From Mycolicibacterium smegmatis (lineage in GTDB: Bacteria > Actinomycetota > Actinomycetes > Mycobacteriales > Mycobacteriaceae), in NCBI RefSeq assembly GCF_001457595.1, contig NZ_LN831039.1, forward strand, positions 6,840,001-6,872,000: a stretch of DNA of 32,000 nucleotides. The letters are read 5' to 3'. The notes beneath the pieces were generated by a model. It was not told the DNA's origin. It searched no databases and saw nothing but the letters and a program-made list of their open reading frames with translations. Both the position numbers and the translations under genes were made by a program. Below, in pieces: positions 22,053 through 29,846 of the stretch; the stretch's first letter is position 1; each line of letters starts with the position of its first letter.

Positions 22053-23235
22053 GACCGGATCCCTTCGCGTCGACGAGAGCCGGTGACGTCACGGTATCGC
22101 CGTTCTTGAGCCACGACGTTGCTCCCGGTTTCCTGCCCTCGCGGCGCAGGCTCCACAGAATGCCCTTGAGGACAAGCTCTTTCACCGCTCCGGCGACGCG
22201 GCCGCGGAGGTGGACGTCGAGGGGCGTGTCATCCCTGCGGGTGAACTGCATGACGGCCGAGCGCCTGCCGAGCCCGAGGCAGGATCCGAGGTAACCCAGC
22301 GAGAACGCCTCGGGCGGGGTGCCCGCGATGCGGCTGAGGATGGTGTCGGCGGCGGTGGCGGCCATGGGTCCTGCCGTGTAGCAGGCCATGCGCAGGGCTT
22401 TTCCGGACGGTGCCGCCGCGTCGCCCGCGGCCAGCACGCGATCGTCGTCGATGCTCGTGAGCGTCGCGTCGGTGATCAACCGGCCGAGCGTGTCGGTGCG
22501 CAGGCCGCTGCGCGAGGCCAGGTCGGGGACACCGAAACCGCCGGCCCAGATGGTCAGGTCGCTGCGCCACACCGTGCCGTCGTCGAGCACCACGGCGTCG
22601 GGTCGCACTTCGGTGACCATGGCGTCCTCCAGCAGTCCCACCCCATTCTTGGCCATCCACCGGGACACGGCCCGTCGGGCCGGACCCCCGAGCGTCGGCG
22701 CCAATTGCGCGCCCGCGACCAGGCTCACGGTACGTCCCCCGGTGGCGAGTTCGGCAGCCACCTCGATGCCGGTGAACCCGGCGCCGACGACGGTGATCCA
22801 CGCATCGGGTGCGAGGGCGTTCACCGTGGCGCGCAACCGCTGGGCGGCCTCGTACTCGGCCACCGTGTGCGCGAATTCTGCGGCGCCTTCGACGGATTCC
22901 GGCACCAGGGCCGTGCTGCCGACGGCGTAGACGACATAGTCGTAGCCCATCGAGTCACCGGACGCCAGGTCGATCCTGCGGTTTGCGGTGTCGATGCGAT
23001 CGACCCGGTCGGCGAGCAGCCGCACACCGCTGCCCAGCAACGTCCCATAGTCGACGACGGCCTCGCACGCACCTGCCGCCATCTGGTGCAGTCGCATGCG
23101 ATGCACGAACTGAGGACGTGGGTTGATGAGCGTGATGTCGATGTCCGGGTTCTGCTGCAGGCGGTTGGCGGCCAGGGTGCCGGCATAACCTCCGCCGATG
23201 ACGACGACGCGGTGGGTTTTGTTGTGAGCAGTCAT
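22033..23235 (-). CDS. NAD(P)/FAD-dependent oxidoreductase (NDH-2 / pyridine nucleotide-disulfide oxidoreductase-like)
   Basis: There are two Rossmann dinucleotide motifs, VVVIGGGYAGTLAA and ITVVGAGFTGIEVAAEL. The ATG at 23235 (MTAHNKTHRVVVIGGG) is used because the upstream 58 codons of the track ORF are unlikely to be coding. The stop overlaps the sigma-factor start by 20 nt. Confidence 0.85.
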   Translation of the reverse strand: MTAHNKTHRVVVIGGGYAGTLAANRLQQNPDIDITLINPRPQFVHRMRLHQMAAGACEAVVDYGTLLGSGVRLLADRVDRIDTANRRIDLASGDSMGYDYVVYAVGSTALVPESVEGAAEFAHTVAEYEAAQRLRATVNALAPDAWITVVGAGFTGIEVAAELATGGRTVSLVAGAQLAPTLGGPARRAVSRWMAKNGVGLLEDAMVTEVRPDAVVLDDGTVWRSDLTIWAGGFGVPDLASRSGLRTDTLGRLITDATLTSIDDDRVLAAGDAAAPSGKALRMACYTAGPMAATAADTILSRIAGTPPEAFSLGYLGSCLGLGRRSAVMQFTRRDDTPLDVHLRGRVAGAVKELVLKGILWSLRREGRKPGATSWLKNGDTVTSPALVDAKGSGHDGPIG

Positions 23236-23263
23236 GCCCTCGAGAGCCCGCCGGCCCCTCCGG

Positions 23264-23270
23264 TGTGACA
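23264..23270 (-). promoter_or_regulatory. ECF41-type -35 element (TGTCACA) upstream of the oxidoreductase-sigma operon
   Basis: The minus strand reads TGTCACA and then 31 nt to the ATG at 23235. The expected -10 (CGTC, 16 nt downstream) is not cleanly present; GCTC/CTCG is found there instead. The geometry implies a leaderless transcript. Confidence 0.35.
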
Positions 23271-23323
23271 GATACCCGAGGACTGTGTCGTACATCACAG
23301 CCCGAAACGGGTATCCCCTCGCC

Positions 23324-24274
23324 ATGACAAGCCCGGACACGGTCGTGATCTTCGCACCGTTACCCGTGCTCACGGTGACGGTCGAGGACCGCTCCGGCGA
23401 GGATGACATCCACGTACACGCGGGTGGTCAGGGGGTATGGCAGTCCCGCATGGTGGCGTCGCTGGGCGTGCCGACCGTTCTGTGCTCGGCGCTGGGCGGC
23501 GAGACCGGATCGGTGCTCGGGCATCTGCTGCCCACCACCGATGTCACGCTGCGCATGGTCCCGGTCAGCTCCCGCAACGGGGCCTACGTGCACGACCGTC
23601 GCAAGGGCGATCGCGAGGTGGTCGCGGAGAGCCCCGGCACCCCGCTGGACCGCCACGAACTCGACTCCCTGTACGAACTCACGTTGACCGAGGGCCTCAC
23701 CCACGGTCGCGTGTTGTTGTCCGGACCGCAGGACGACCGAGTGCTGCCCGCCGACCTGTACCGCCGGTTGTCCACCGACCTGGGCGCCAACGGGTGCAAG
23801 GTGGCCGCCGATCTCGCAGGCGAGCGGCTGGAAGCGGTGCTCGCCGGTCACCCGAGTCTCATCAAGGTGAGCCACGAAGAACTGCTCGACGACGGCCGGG
23901 CGAAGTCCGACGACGCCAAGGACCTCGTCGCCGCCATGCGGACGCTGCGTGAGGACGGCGGCGCGTGCACGATCGTCGTCTCACGGGCCGGGGCCGCGCC
24001 CGCTCTCGCGCTGTTCGACGACGACGAACTCGGCGAGGCCGCCGTCGTCGAGGTCGTGATGCCCAAGCTGGAGCCTGCCGACCCGGCCGGCGCGGGGGAC
24101 TCCATGACGGCAGGCATGGTCGCCGCACTGGCGCGTGGCCGTCCGTTGCGCAAGGCGCTCCAGATCGGGGCGGCGTGCGGCGCGCTCAACGTTGTGCGCC
24201 ACGGATTGGGTACGGGCGGTGCGCGAGCGGTCGAGACGCTCGCCGACCGCGTCGAGTTGCGGCCCTGGAAGTAA
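23324..24274 (+). CDS. PfkB-family hexose-phosphate kinase (1-phosphofructokinase / PfkB-like)
   Basis: 316 aa with the motifs HAGGQGVWQSRM (GG motif) and DPAGAGDSMTAGMVAAL (PfkB signature 2). The ATG at 23324 is used because the upstream part of the track ORF overlaps the divergent promoter region. Confidence 0.85.
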   Translation: MTSPDTVVIFAPLPVLTVTVEDRSGEDDIHVHAGGQGVWQSRMVASLGVPTVLCSALGGETGSVLGHLLPTTDVTLRMVPVSSRNGAYVHDRRKGDREVVAESPGTPLDRHELDSLYELTLTEGLTHGRVLLSGPQDDRVLPADLYRRLSTDLGANGCKVAADLAGERLEAVLAGHPSLIKVSHEELLDDGRAKSDDAKDLVAAMRTLREDGGACTIVVSRAGAAPALALFDDDELGEAAVVEVVMPKLEPADPAGAGDSMTAGMVAALARGRPLRKALQIGAACGALNVVRHGLGTGGARAVETLADRVELRPWK

Positions 24275-24299
24275 CGCTCGGAGTCGAGAGGAGAAGCAG

Positions 24300-25079
24300 G
24301 TGCCACGCGCTTTGGTGACCAACGACGACGGGATCGACTCGGCGGGCCTGCATGCGCTGGCGCTCGCCGCGCGTGAGGCCGGGCTCGAGGTGATCGTGGC
24401 CGCCCCCGCCGAACAGGCCAGCGGTGCCAGCGCTGCGCTCACCGCGGTGCGCCACGAAGGCCGCACCGTCGTCGAGCGCCGCGAGGTTCCCGGACTCGAC
24501 GGCATCGAGGCGTGGGCCGTACACGCACAGCCCGGTCACATCGTCGCGGCGGCGTTGAACGGGTGGTTCACACCGCGCCCGGACCTGGTGTTGTCGGGCA
24601 TCAACCACGGCGCGAACGTCGGTCGCGCCGTCCTGCACTCGGGCACCGTCGGCGCCGCGCTGACCGCCAGGATCAGCGATACCCCCGCGTTGGCGGTGTC
24701 CCTCGACGTCGCTTTGCACCCCACCGGGGAGCGGTACTGGGAATCGGCCGCCGGGCTCCTCGCGCCGGTGCTGGACCTGTTGTTCGAGGCCCGAGAACCC
24801 ACGGTGCTGTCCCTCAATGTCCCGGACGTGCCACCTGATGAGCTGAAGCCGATCCGGCACGCGTGGCTGGCCCGCGGAGGCGCGGTGCAGACCCGCGTCG
24901 ACGAGGTCTCCGACGGCGGTGTGCGCCTGGCCGAAGTGGAGATCTCAGAGGAGTTCGAACCCGGGACCGACAGCGCACTGCTGGCGGCCGGGCACCCGAC
25001 GCTCACCGAATTGCGCTCGATCGAGGCGCACGACGGTGAGCTGGTGCCGAACTGGCTGGCCGACAAGGTCGGCGGGTGA
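24300..25079 (+). CDS. surE: 5'/3'-nucleotidase SurE
   Basis: The N-terminal motif is ALVTNDDGIDSAGL, with SGINHGANVG further in. The length is about 259 aa. The GTG at 24300 is preceded by GAGAGGAGAAG. Confidence 0.85.
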   Translation: MPRALVTNDDGIDSAGLHALALAAREAGLEVIVAAPAEQASGASAALTAVRHEGRTVVERREVPGLDGIEAWAVHAQPGHIVAAALNGWFTPRPDLVLSGINHGANVGRAVLHSGTVGAALTARISDTPALAVSLDVALHPTGERYWESAAGLLAPVLDLLFEAREPTVLSLNVPDVPPDELKPIRHAWLARGGAVQTRVDEVSDGGVRLAEVEISEEFEPGTDSALLAAGHPTLTELRSIEAHDGELVPNWLADKVGG

Positions 25080-25087
25080 GGACCGGC

Positions 25088-26197
25088 TCAGCGGCGCAGC
25101 GTGGTGACGTGGACGTGGTCGAAGTGGCCGTAGCCCGACGCCTGCGGGCCGGACGGCGTGTAGTACGTGCCGCGCCAGATCACGTCCTGCAGCTTGAAGC
25201 GGCCCGCGTTGCTCAACACGAAATCGCGGATCTCGTTGCCGAGCGCGATGCCCTCGGGGCTGGACGGGTTCGGGATCATCACGTCGATCGCCAGGCCACT
25301 CGGATGCCACGGCTTGGAGTCCGGACGCACACCGCCGATCTCGGCGATCTGCGGGTACCGCATGCTGATGACGCGAGCCACGTACACAGTGGCGGGTTGC
25401 AGCCCGGTCTCGTTCGCGACACCGACCGGCAGCGCCTCGGGGATGTCGCCTGGGATCGCCAGGAGGTTGCGGGCGGCCGGATCCTCGCCGGGAGCGGGCC
25501 CGGGCATCGCGACGATCGCGGGGTCCACCGGCGCACTCGGCGGCGGGGTGTTGTCGACGACCGCCTGCTGCTGAGGTGTCAGGGCCGCGTACTGCGCCTC
25601 GGCGGCCGAGATCTGACTGAGCAGGTCCTTCCACTTGGCCTGCAGGTCTGCGCGCACGGCGTCGGCCTGCTCGGCCTTGGCGCGGGCGTCGGCAGCCGAC
25701 TTCTCGGACGCCGCGGCCGCGGCGAGCGCGCGGTCACGGGCTTCTTGGTAGCCCTTCATCTGAGCGGCGATCTCCGCGGCGACCGTGCGCTCCAGCGCGA
25801 GTTGGTCGATCAGCTGCTGGGGTGAGGTGGCCGTCAGTACAGCGGCCATCTGGCCGGTGCGTCCGCTCATGTAGGTCATCGCCGCCAGCCGGTCGGCAGC
25901 AGCCTGATGGGGCGCGAGCTGACTGGTGGCCTCGGCCAGGGCTTCCTGGTCGACGCGGTGGCGCTCCTCGGCGGCGGCCTGCTCGGCCTGCCTGGCGTCG
26001 GCATCGCGTTGGGCGGCGGTGACGGCCTCGCGCGCCTTGATGGCCTGCTGGGACAGCTCCTGCACTTTTGCGATCGCGTCCGCTGCCGGGTCTGCCTGCA
26101 CGGCCCCGATCGTGAACGTCAGAACCAGGAAGGTGGCGACAAAACCGCACGCCGCTCGCCGAAGTGAACGGCGCACCCCGGTCATACGGATTGTCAC
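25088..26197 (-). CDS. Secreted coiled-coil protein with a C-terminal LAS-type (peptidase M15-like) zinc peptidase domain
   Basis: The signal peptide is RRAACGFVATFLVLTFTIGAVQA. It is followed by about 190 aa of Ala/Gln/Glu-rich heptad-like sequence and a Pro-rich linker. The C-terminal domain has HPSGLAID (HxxGxAxD, i.e. H-x6-D) and HFDHVHV (HxH). The start is either GTG 26197 or ATG 26185. Confidence 0.7.
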   Translation of the reverse strand: MTIRMTGVRRSLRRAACGFVATFLVLTFTIGAVQADPAADAIAKVQELSQQAIKAREAVTAAQRDADARQAEQAAAEERHRVDQEALAEATSQLAPHQAAADRLAAMTYMSGRTGQMAAVLTATSPQQLIDQLALERTVAAEIAAQMKGYQEARDRALAAAAASEKSAADARAKAEQADAVRADLQAKWKDLLSQISAAEAQYAALTPQQQAVVDNTPPPSAPVDPAIVAMPGPAPGEDPAARNLLAIPGDIPEALPVGVANETGLQPATVYVARVISMRYPQIAEIGGVRPDSKPWHPSGLAIDVMIPNPSSPEGIALGNEIRDFVLSNAGRFKLQDVIWRGTYYTPSGPQASGYGHFDHVHVTTLRR

Positions 26198-26484
26198 GAT
26201 CCTTTACTGCAGGGGCCCATTGCTCGGCCCGGCTGTACATGCCCCGGACAGGCTACGAAGTGGCTTGACGGATGTCCACTCGTCCCTCCCGCAGGATGGT
26301 GGACTTTCCTGGCGCTCTTGACGATCGGCAAACGTGATACGCGTCACAGTCACTCAGGCGTGGTGGATCGGTCACCCCGACGGCTCCGGATCGTCCGCGA
26401 TTGCGCGGGCCGCTTAGGCTGGAAAAGCGCTGGGTACAGCGTTGACCTCGCTCTCCTGGTTCAGGATCCGATCGGAGGAGACCT

Positions 26485-27396
26485 ATGCGTCGGCGACAGC
26501 CGAAATCGGTGATGACAGGGATGGCAGTTGTCGCCTGTGCGGCGCTGCTCGTGAGCGGATGCACGGCGCCGGCCGGGGGTGCGCCGCCTGCCGTCGAGCA
26601 CACCCCCCAGGCAACCGTCGCCCCGCCGGCCGCGCCACCTCCGGTGCAGCCGCCCGCGTCGTTTGCCGGACTCGACGCGCGCATGCAGCAGGCCACCGCC
26701 GACGCGGCGGCATCGGGTGCGACGATCGAGGCCGTCGTGCTGGACCGCAACACCGGCGAGGTCGTGTCCAACGGCTCCAACAAGCCGTTCCCGATCGCGT
26801 CGGTGGTCAAGCTGTTCATCGCCGACGACCTGCTCCTGCAGGAATCCGAGGGCAAGACGGAGCTGTCCCCCGCCGACCGCAAGTCTCTCGACGTCATGCT
26901 GCGCTCCTCGGACGACAGTGCCGCACAGATGTTTTGGGACCGTCTGGGCGGGAACGCCGTGATCTCCCGCATCAAGGCCCGTTACGGCCTGCCCGGCACC
27001 ATCGCGCCCTACAACGGCCACTGGGACGTCACCCAGAGCACTGCCGCCGATCTGGTCCACTACTACGACATGTTGCTCAACGGTGGCGGCGGCCTGCCCC
27101 GCGAGCAGGCCGACGTCATCGTCGACAACCTCGCGCACTTCACACCGTCGGGAACCGACGGCTATCCGCAGCGCTTCGGCATCCCCGACGGCCTCTCGGG
27201 TGAGGCCGTCGCGGTCAAGCAGGGCTGGTTCTGCTGCTGGAACCGAGCCAACCAGTTGCACGTGTCCACCGGCATCATCGGACCCGACCACCGCTACCTG
27301 ATGGCCATCAGTTCCCTGGACCCGACCAGTGCGGGCGCGGCGCGCGAGAACATCACCGAGGCCGTGCGAACGATGTTCCCGGGCGGGAAGATCTGA
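26485..27396 (+). CDS. Lipoprotein, class-A-beta-lactamase-like serine hydrolase fold
   Basis: The lipobox is LLVSGC, followed by a Pro/Ala-rich linker. An SxxK motif is present (PIASVVKLFIADDLL). GGAGGAG lies 6 nt before the ATG. Confidence 0.7.
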   Translation: MRRRQPKSVMTGMAVVACAALLVSGCTAPAGGAPPAVEHTPQATVAPPAAPPPVQPPASFAGLDARMQQATADAAASGATIEAVVLDRNTGEVVSNGSNKPFPIASVVKLFIADDLLLQESEGKTELSPADRKSLDVMLRSSDDSAAQMFWDRLGGNAVISRIKARYGLPGTIAPYNGHWDVTQSTAADLVHYYDMLLNGGGGLPREQADVIVDNLAHFTPSGTDGYPQRFGIPDGLSGEAVAVKQGWFCCWNRANQLHVSTGIIGPDHRYLMAISSLDPTSAGAARENITEAVRTMFPGGKI

Positions 27397-27403
27397 CGCC
27401 GGA

Positions 27404-28138
27404 TCAGATCTGGATCTGACCGCCGTCGACGACCAGTTCGGCCCCGGTCATGAAACTGCTCTGGTTCGACGCGAGAAACAGTACGGCGGTGGCGATTTCG
27501 TCGGGATCACCCAGGCGCTTCATGGGCACTTGGGCAGCCCAACCGTCAAGTTCCCGTTGCCCGTCCGGCGCGAGACCTTCGAGTCCCGGGGTGCGGATCG
27601 GGCCGGGAATGACGGTGTTGACCCGGATGTTGCGGTCGACCAGTTCGGCGGCCCAGGTACGGCCCAGGGATCGGATCGCGGCTTTCGACGCTGCGTAGAG
27701 CCCGAACGCGGGAGTTCCCTTGGCGGGTGCGGTGGAACCGGTCAGAATGATCGACGCGCCGTCGTTGAGCAGCGGCAGAATTTTCTGCACGGTGAACACC
27801 GTGCCGCCCACATTCCGGTCGATGTTGTCGCGGTAGTGCTGCGGTGTCACCTCGGCGAGCGTGGCGTAGTCACCACCGCCGGCATTGGCGAACACCACGT
27901 CGAGTCCCTTGCCGTATTCGGCGATTTCTGCTGCGAGAGCGTCGAGTTCGTCAGGATTGCTGACGTCGCTCTGTACGCCGTGCGCCCCGATCGAAGCGGC
28001 GGCCTTCTCAGCGCGCGTGCGGTCACGTCCGGTGATGAAGACATATGCGCCTTCTTGCACCAACCGTTTGGCCGCCGCGTGCCCGATGCCCGAGGTGCCA
28101 CCCGTGACCAGTGCCGTCTTGCCGTCGAGTTGTCCCAT
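27404..28138 (-). CDS. SDR family oxidoreductase (classical short-chain dehydrogenase)
   Basis: 244 aa with the cofactor motif TGGTSGIG, NAGG, and the catalytic YAASKAA (YxxxK). Confidence 0.92.
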   Translation of the reverse strand: MGQLDGKTALVTGGTSGIGHAAAKRLVQEGAYVFITGRDRTRAEKAAASIGAHGVQSDVSNPDELDALAAEIAEYGKGLDVVFANAGGGDYATLAEVTPQHYRDNIDRNVGGTVFTVQKILPLLNDGASIILTGSTAPAKGTPAFGLYAASKAAIRSLGRTWAAELVDRNIRVNTVIPGPIRTPGLEGLAPDGQRELDGWAAQVPMKRLGDPDEIATAVLFLASNQSSFMTGAELVVDGGQIQI

Positions 28139-28179
28139 GAGGGTGCCTTCCTGTGGTTCGTACGGTCACCCGCTGCAAC

Positions 28180-28199
28180 ATAGGTGATATGTCACCTAT
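28180..28199. promoter_or_regulatory. Inverted repeat ATAGGTGA-N4-TCACCTAT upstream of the SDR gene
   Basis: Perfect 8-bp arms (28180-28187 and 28192-28199) lie 42-61 nt upstream of the SDR ATG. Related copies are CGGTGA-tgag-TCACCG (28303-28318) and GGTGATATGTC (28798-28808). Confidence 0.5.
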
Positions 28200-28319
28200 T
28201 CCCCGGTGGGCAGGAACTCGTGCCCACCGTGGGTCTTGTGCACGAATCACACTGGAAAAGCGTGCAGGGGCCCCACGCTCGGCCCTGGTTGGCTGCTACG
28301 TGCGGTGATGAGTCACCGA

Positions 28320-28829
28320 TTACCTGGGTTCCGGCGGCAGCGAACTGTTGTGATTGAGGTTGACGTGGATGTGCTCGAGCGCGGCGGTGAACGGGGCGAG
28401 CAGATTCTCGGGCAGCGGGTCGAAGAACAGGCTGCGCACCAGGTCGACATGCCCCGGGGCGGCCTCCTGGATCGCGCGCCACCCGACCGCGGTGAGGACG
28501 ACGATGCTCGTGCGGCCGTCTTCGCGGCTCGGGCATCGCTCGGTGAGGCCGCGTTCCTCCATACGCCGCAACTGATGTGACAACCTGCTGCGCTCCCAGC
28601 CGATCTGCGCGGCCAGATCACTCACCCGCATACCCTTGTCGCCGACATCGCTCAGAGCCACCAGCACGTCGTAGTCCGACAGCGACAACCCCGAATCGGC
28701 CTGCAACTGGCGGTTCATCTCGTAGCTCATCCGCAGTTGCACCCGCATGAACGCGATCCAGGCGCGTTGCTGCTTCGGCGACAGCCATCCCCGTTTCGGT
28801 GATATGTCCCGTTTTTTCGCCGGCGTCAC
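28320..28829 (-). CDS. MarR family transcriptional regulator
   Basis: This is the C-terminal 169 codons of the 606-aa track ORF. The winged-helix region is LSLSDYDVLVALSDVGDKGMRVSDLAAQIGWERSRLSHQLRRMEERGLTER. The GTG at 28829 is the first plausible start upstream of the conserved LSPKQQRAWIAF helix. Confidence 0.82.
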   Translation of the reverse strand: MTPAKKRDISPKRGWLSPKQQRAWIAFMRVQLRMSYEMNRQLQADSGLSLSDYDVLVALSDVGDKGMRVSDLAAQIGWERSRLSHQLRRMEERGLTERCPSREDGRTSIVVLTAVGWRAIQEAAPGHVDLVRSLFFDPLPENLLAPFTAALEHIHVNLNHNSSLPPEPR

Positions 28830-28862
28830 GGTTGTCAGTATGACGGTCTGGCACGGCGGGCA

Positions 28863-29741
28863 TTGAGTTGTCGTATCGTGGCGGCCGTGCCTGTGCCACG
28901 CGACAGCGGGGCCGGCCGACCACCGCTGGCCGTGCGGATCGCCGCGGTGTTCGTCGGGGTCACCGCGATCTGGATGCTGCTCGGTGCCGGGGTGGGCGCA
29001 ATCCTCGGCGAGGAGTACAGCCGTCCCGCCCACATCGTGCGGGCCGTCGGCGCGACCGTGCTGACAGTTCCGGCGATCTTCGCTGCCCGCAGGCTTCTCG
29101 ACCGGGCACCGTTCTCCGGGCTGCAACTCACGTCCGTACGTGCCGGGTGGCGGCCGTTTGCGCTCGGCGTGCTGTGCTGGGCCGTGCCTGCCGCTGTGGC
29201 CGGTTCCGTTGTCGTCGCACTCGGATGGGCCGATCTGACGGTGGCCGCCTCGCCGGGCCGCCTGGTCGCGGGAGTCGCGGTGTTGACCGTCCTGGTCTTC
29301 CTGTACGAGGCATTGCCCGAGGAACTGATATTCCGCGGATACTTCTTCGCCAACGTCGCCGAACGCTGGTCCTCGACCGTGGCCGTACCGGCCCAGGCGA
29401 CACTGTTCACGCTGTGGGGCCTGGCGATCGGCGCGGCAGAATCGGTCGATCGCGTCGTGCTGTTCTTCACGTTCGCATGCGCCCTCGGAGTTCTGCGCGC
29501 CGTCACAGGAAATCTGTGGAGCAACATCGGTTTCCACTGGGCGTTCCAGATAACCGCGCAGTTCCTGGGTCCGAGTTGGGATGCCATCACCCTCGACGAT
29601 CCGGATCTCGCGTTCGGGGTCGCGATCAGCCTCGTCCCCTTCGCGGTGACGCTCATCGTCGCCGGGGTCATCGCGCGTCGTCGCCGCAGTCACGCGGCGC
29701 GGCTGTCCCGAGTCGGACACGGTGTGCCCCAATCGAGTTAG
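28863..29741 (+). CDS. CPBP family intramembrane glutamic endopeptidase (CAAX protease-like)
   Basis: The protein has multiple TM segments. Motif 1 is LPEELIFRGYFF (EExxxR), with a later FHWAFQ His motif. The start is uncertain: TTG 28863 or GTG 28878. Confidence 0.78.
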   Translation: MSCRIVAAVPVPRDSGAGRPPLAVRIAAVFVGVTAIWMLLGAGVGAILGEEYSRPAHIVRAVGATVLTVPAIFAARRLLDRAPFSGLQLTSVRAGWRPFALGVLCWAVPAAVAGSVVVALGWADLTVAASPGRLVAGVAVLTVLVFLYEALPEELIFRGYFFANVAERWSSTVAVPAQATLFTLWGLAIGAAESVDRVVLFFTFACALGVLRAVTGNLWSNIGFHWAFQITAQFLGPSWDAITLDDPDLAFGVAISLVPFAVTLIVAGVIARRRRSHAARLSRVGHGVPQSS

Positions 29742-29846
29742 CTGAGCGCTGTTCACCTCACGCACTACCGGGAAAGCGTTTACCGAGGGCCTCGATCGTG
29801 GGTAGTCTGAGCTGGTTGTGATCCACGCCACTACTGGGGGTAGGCC

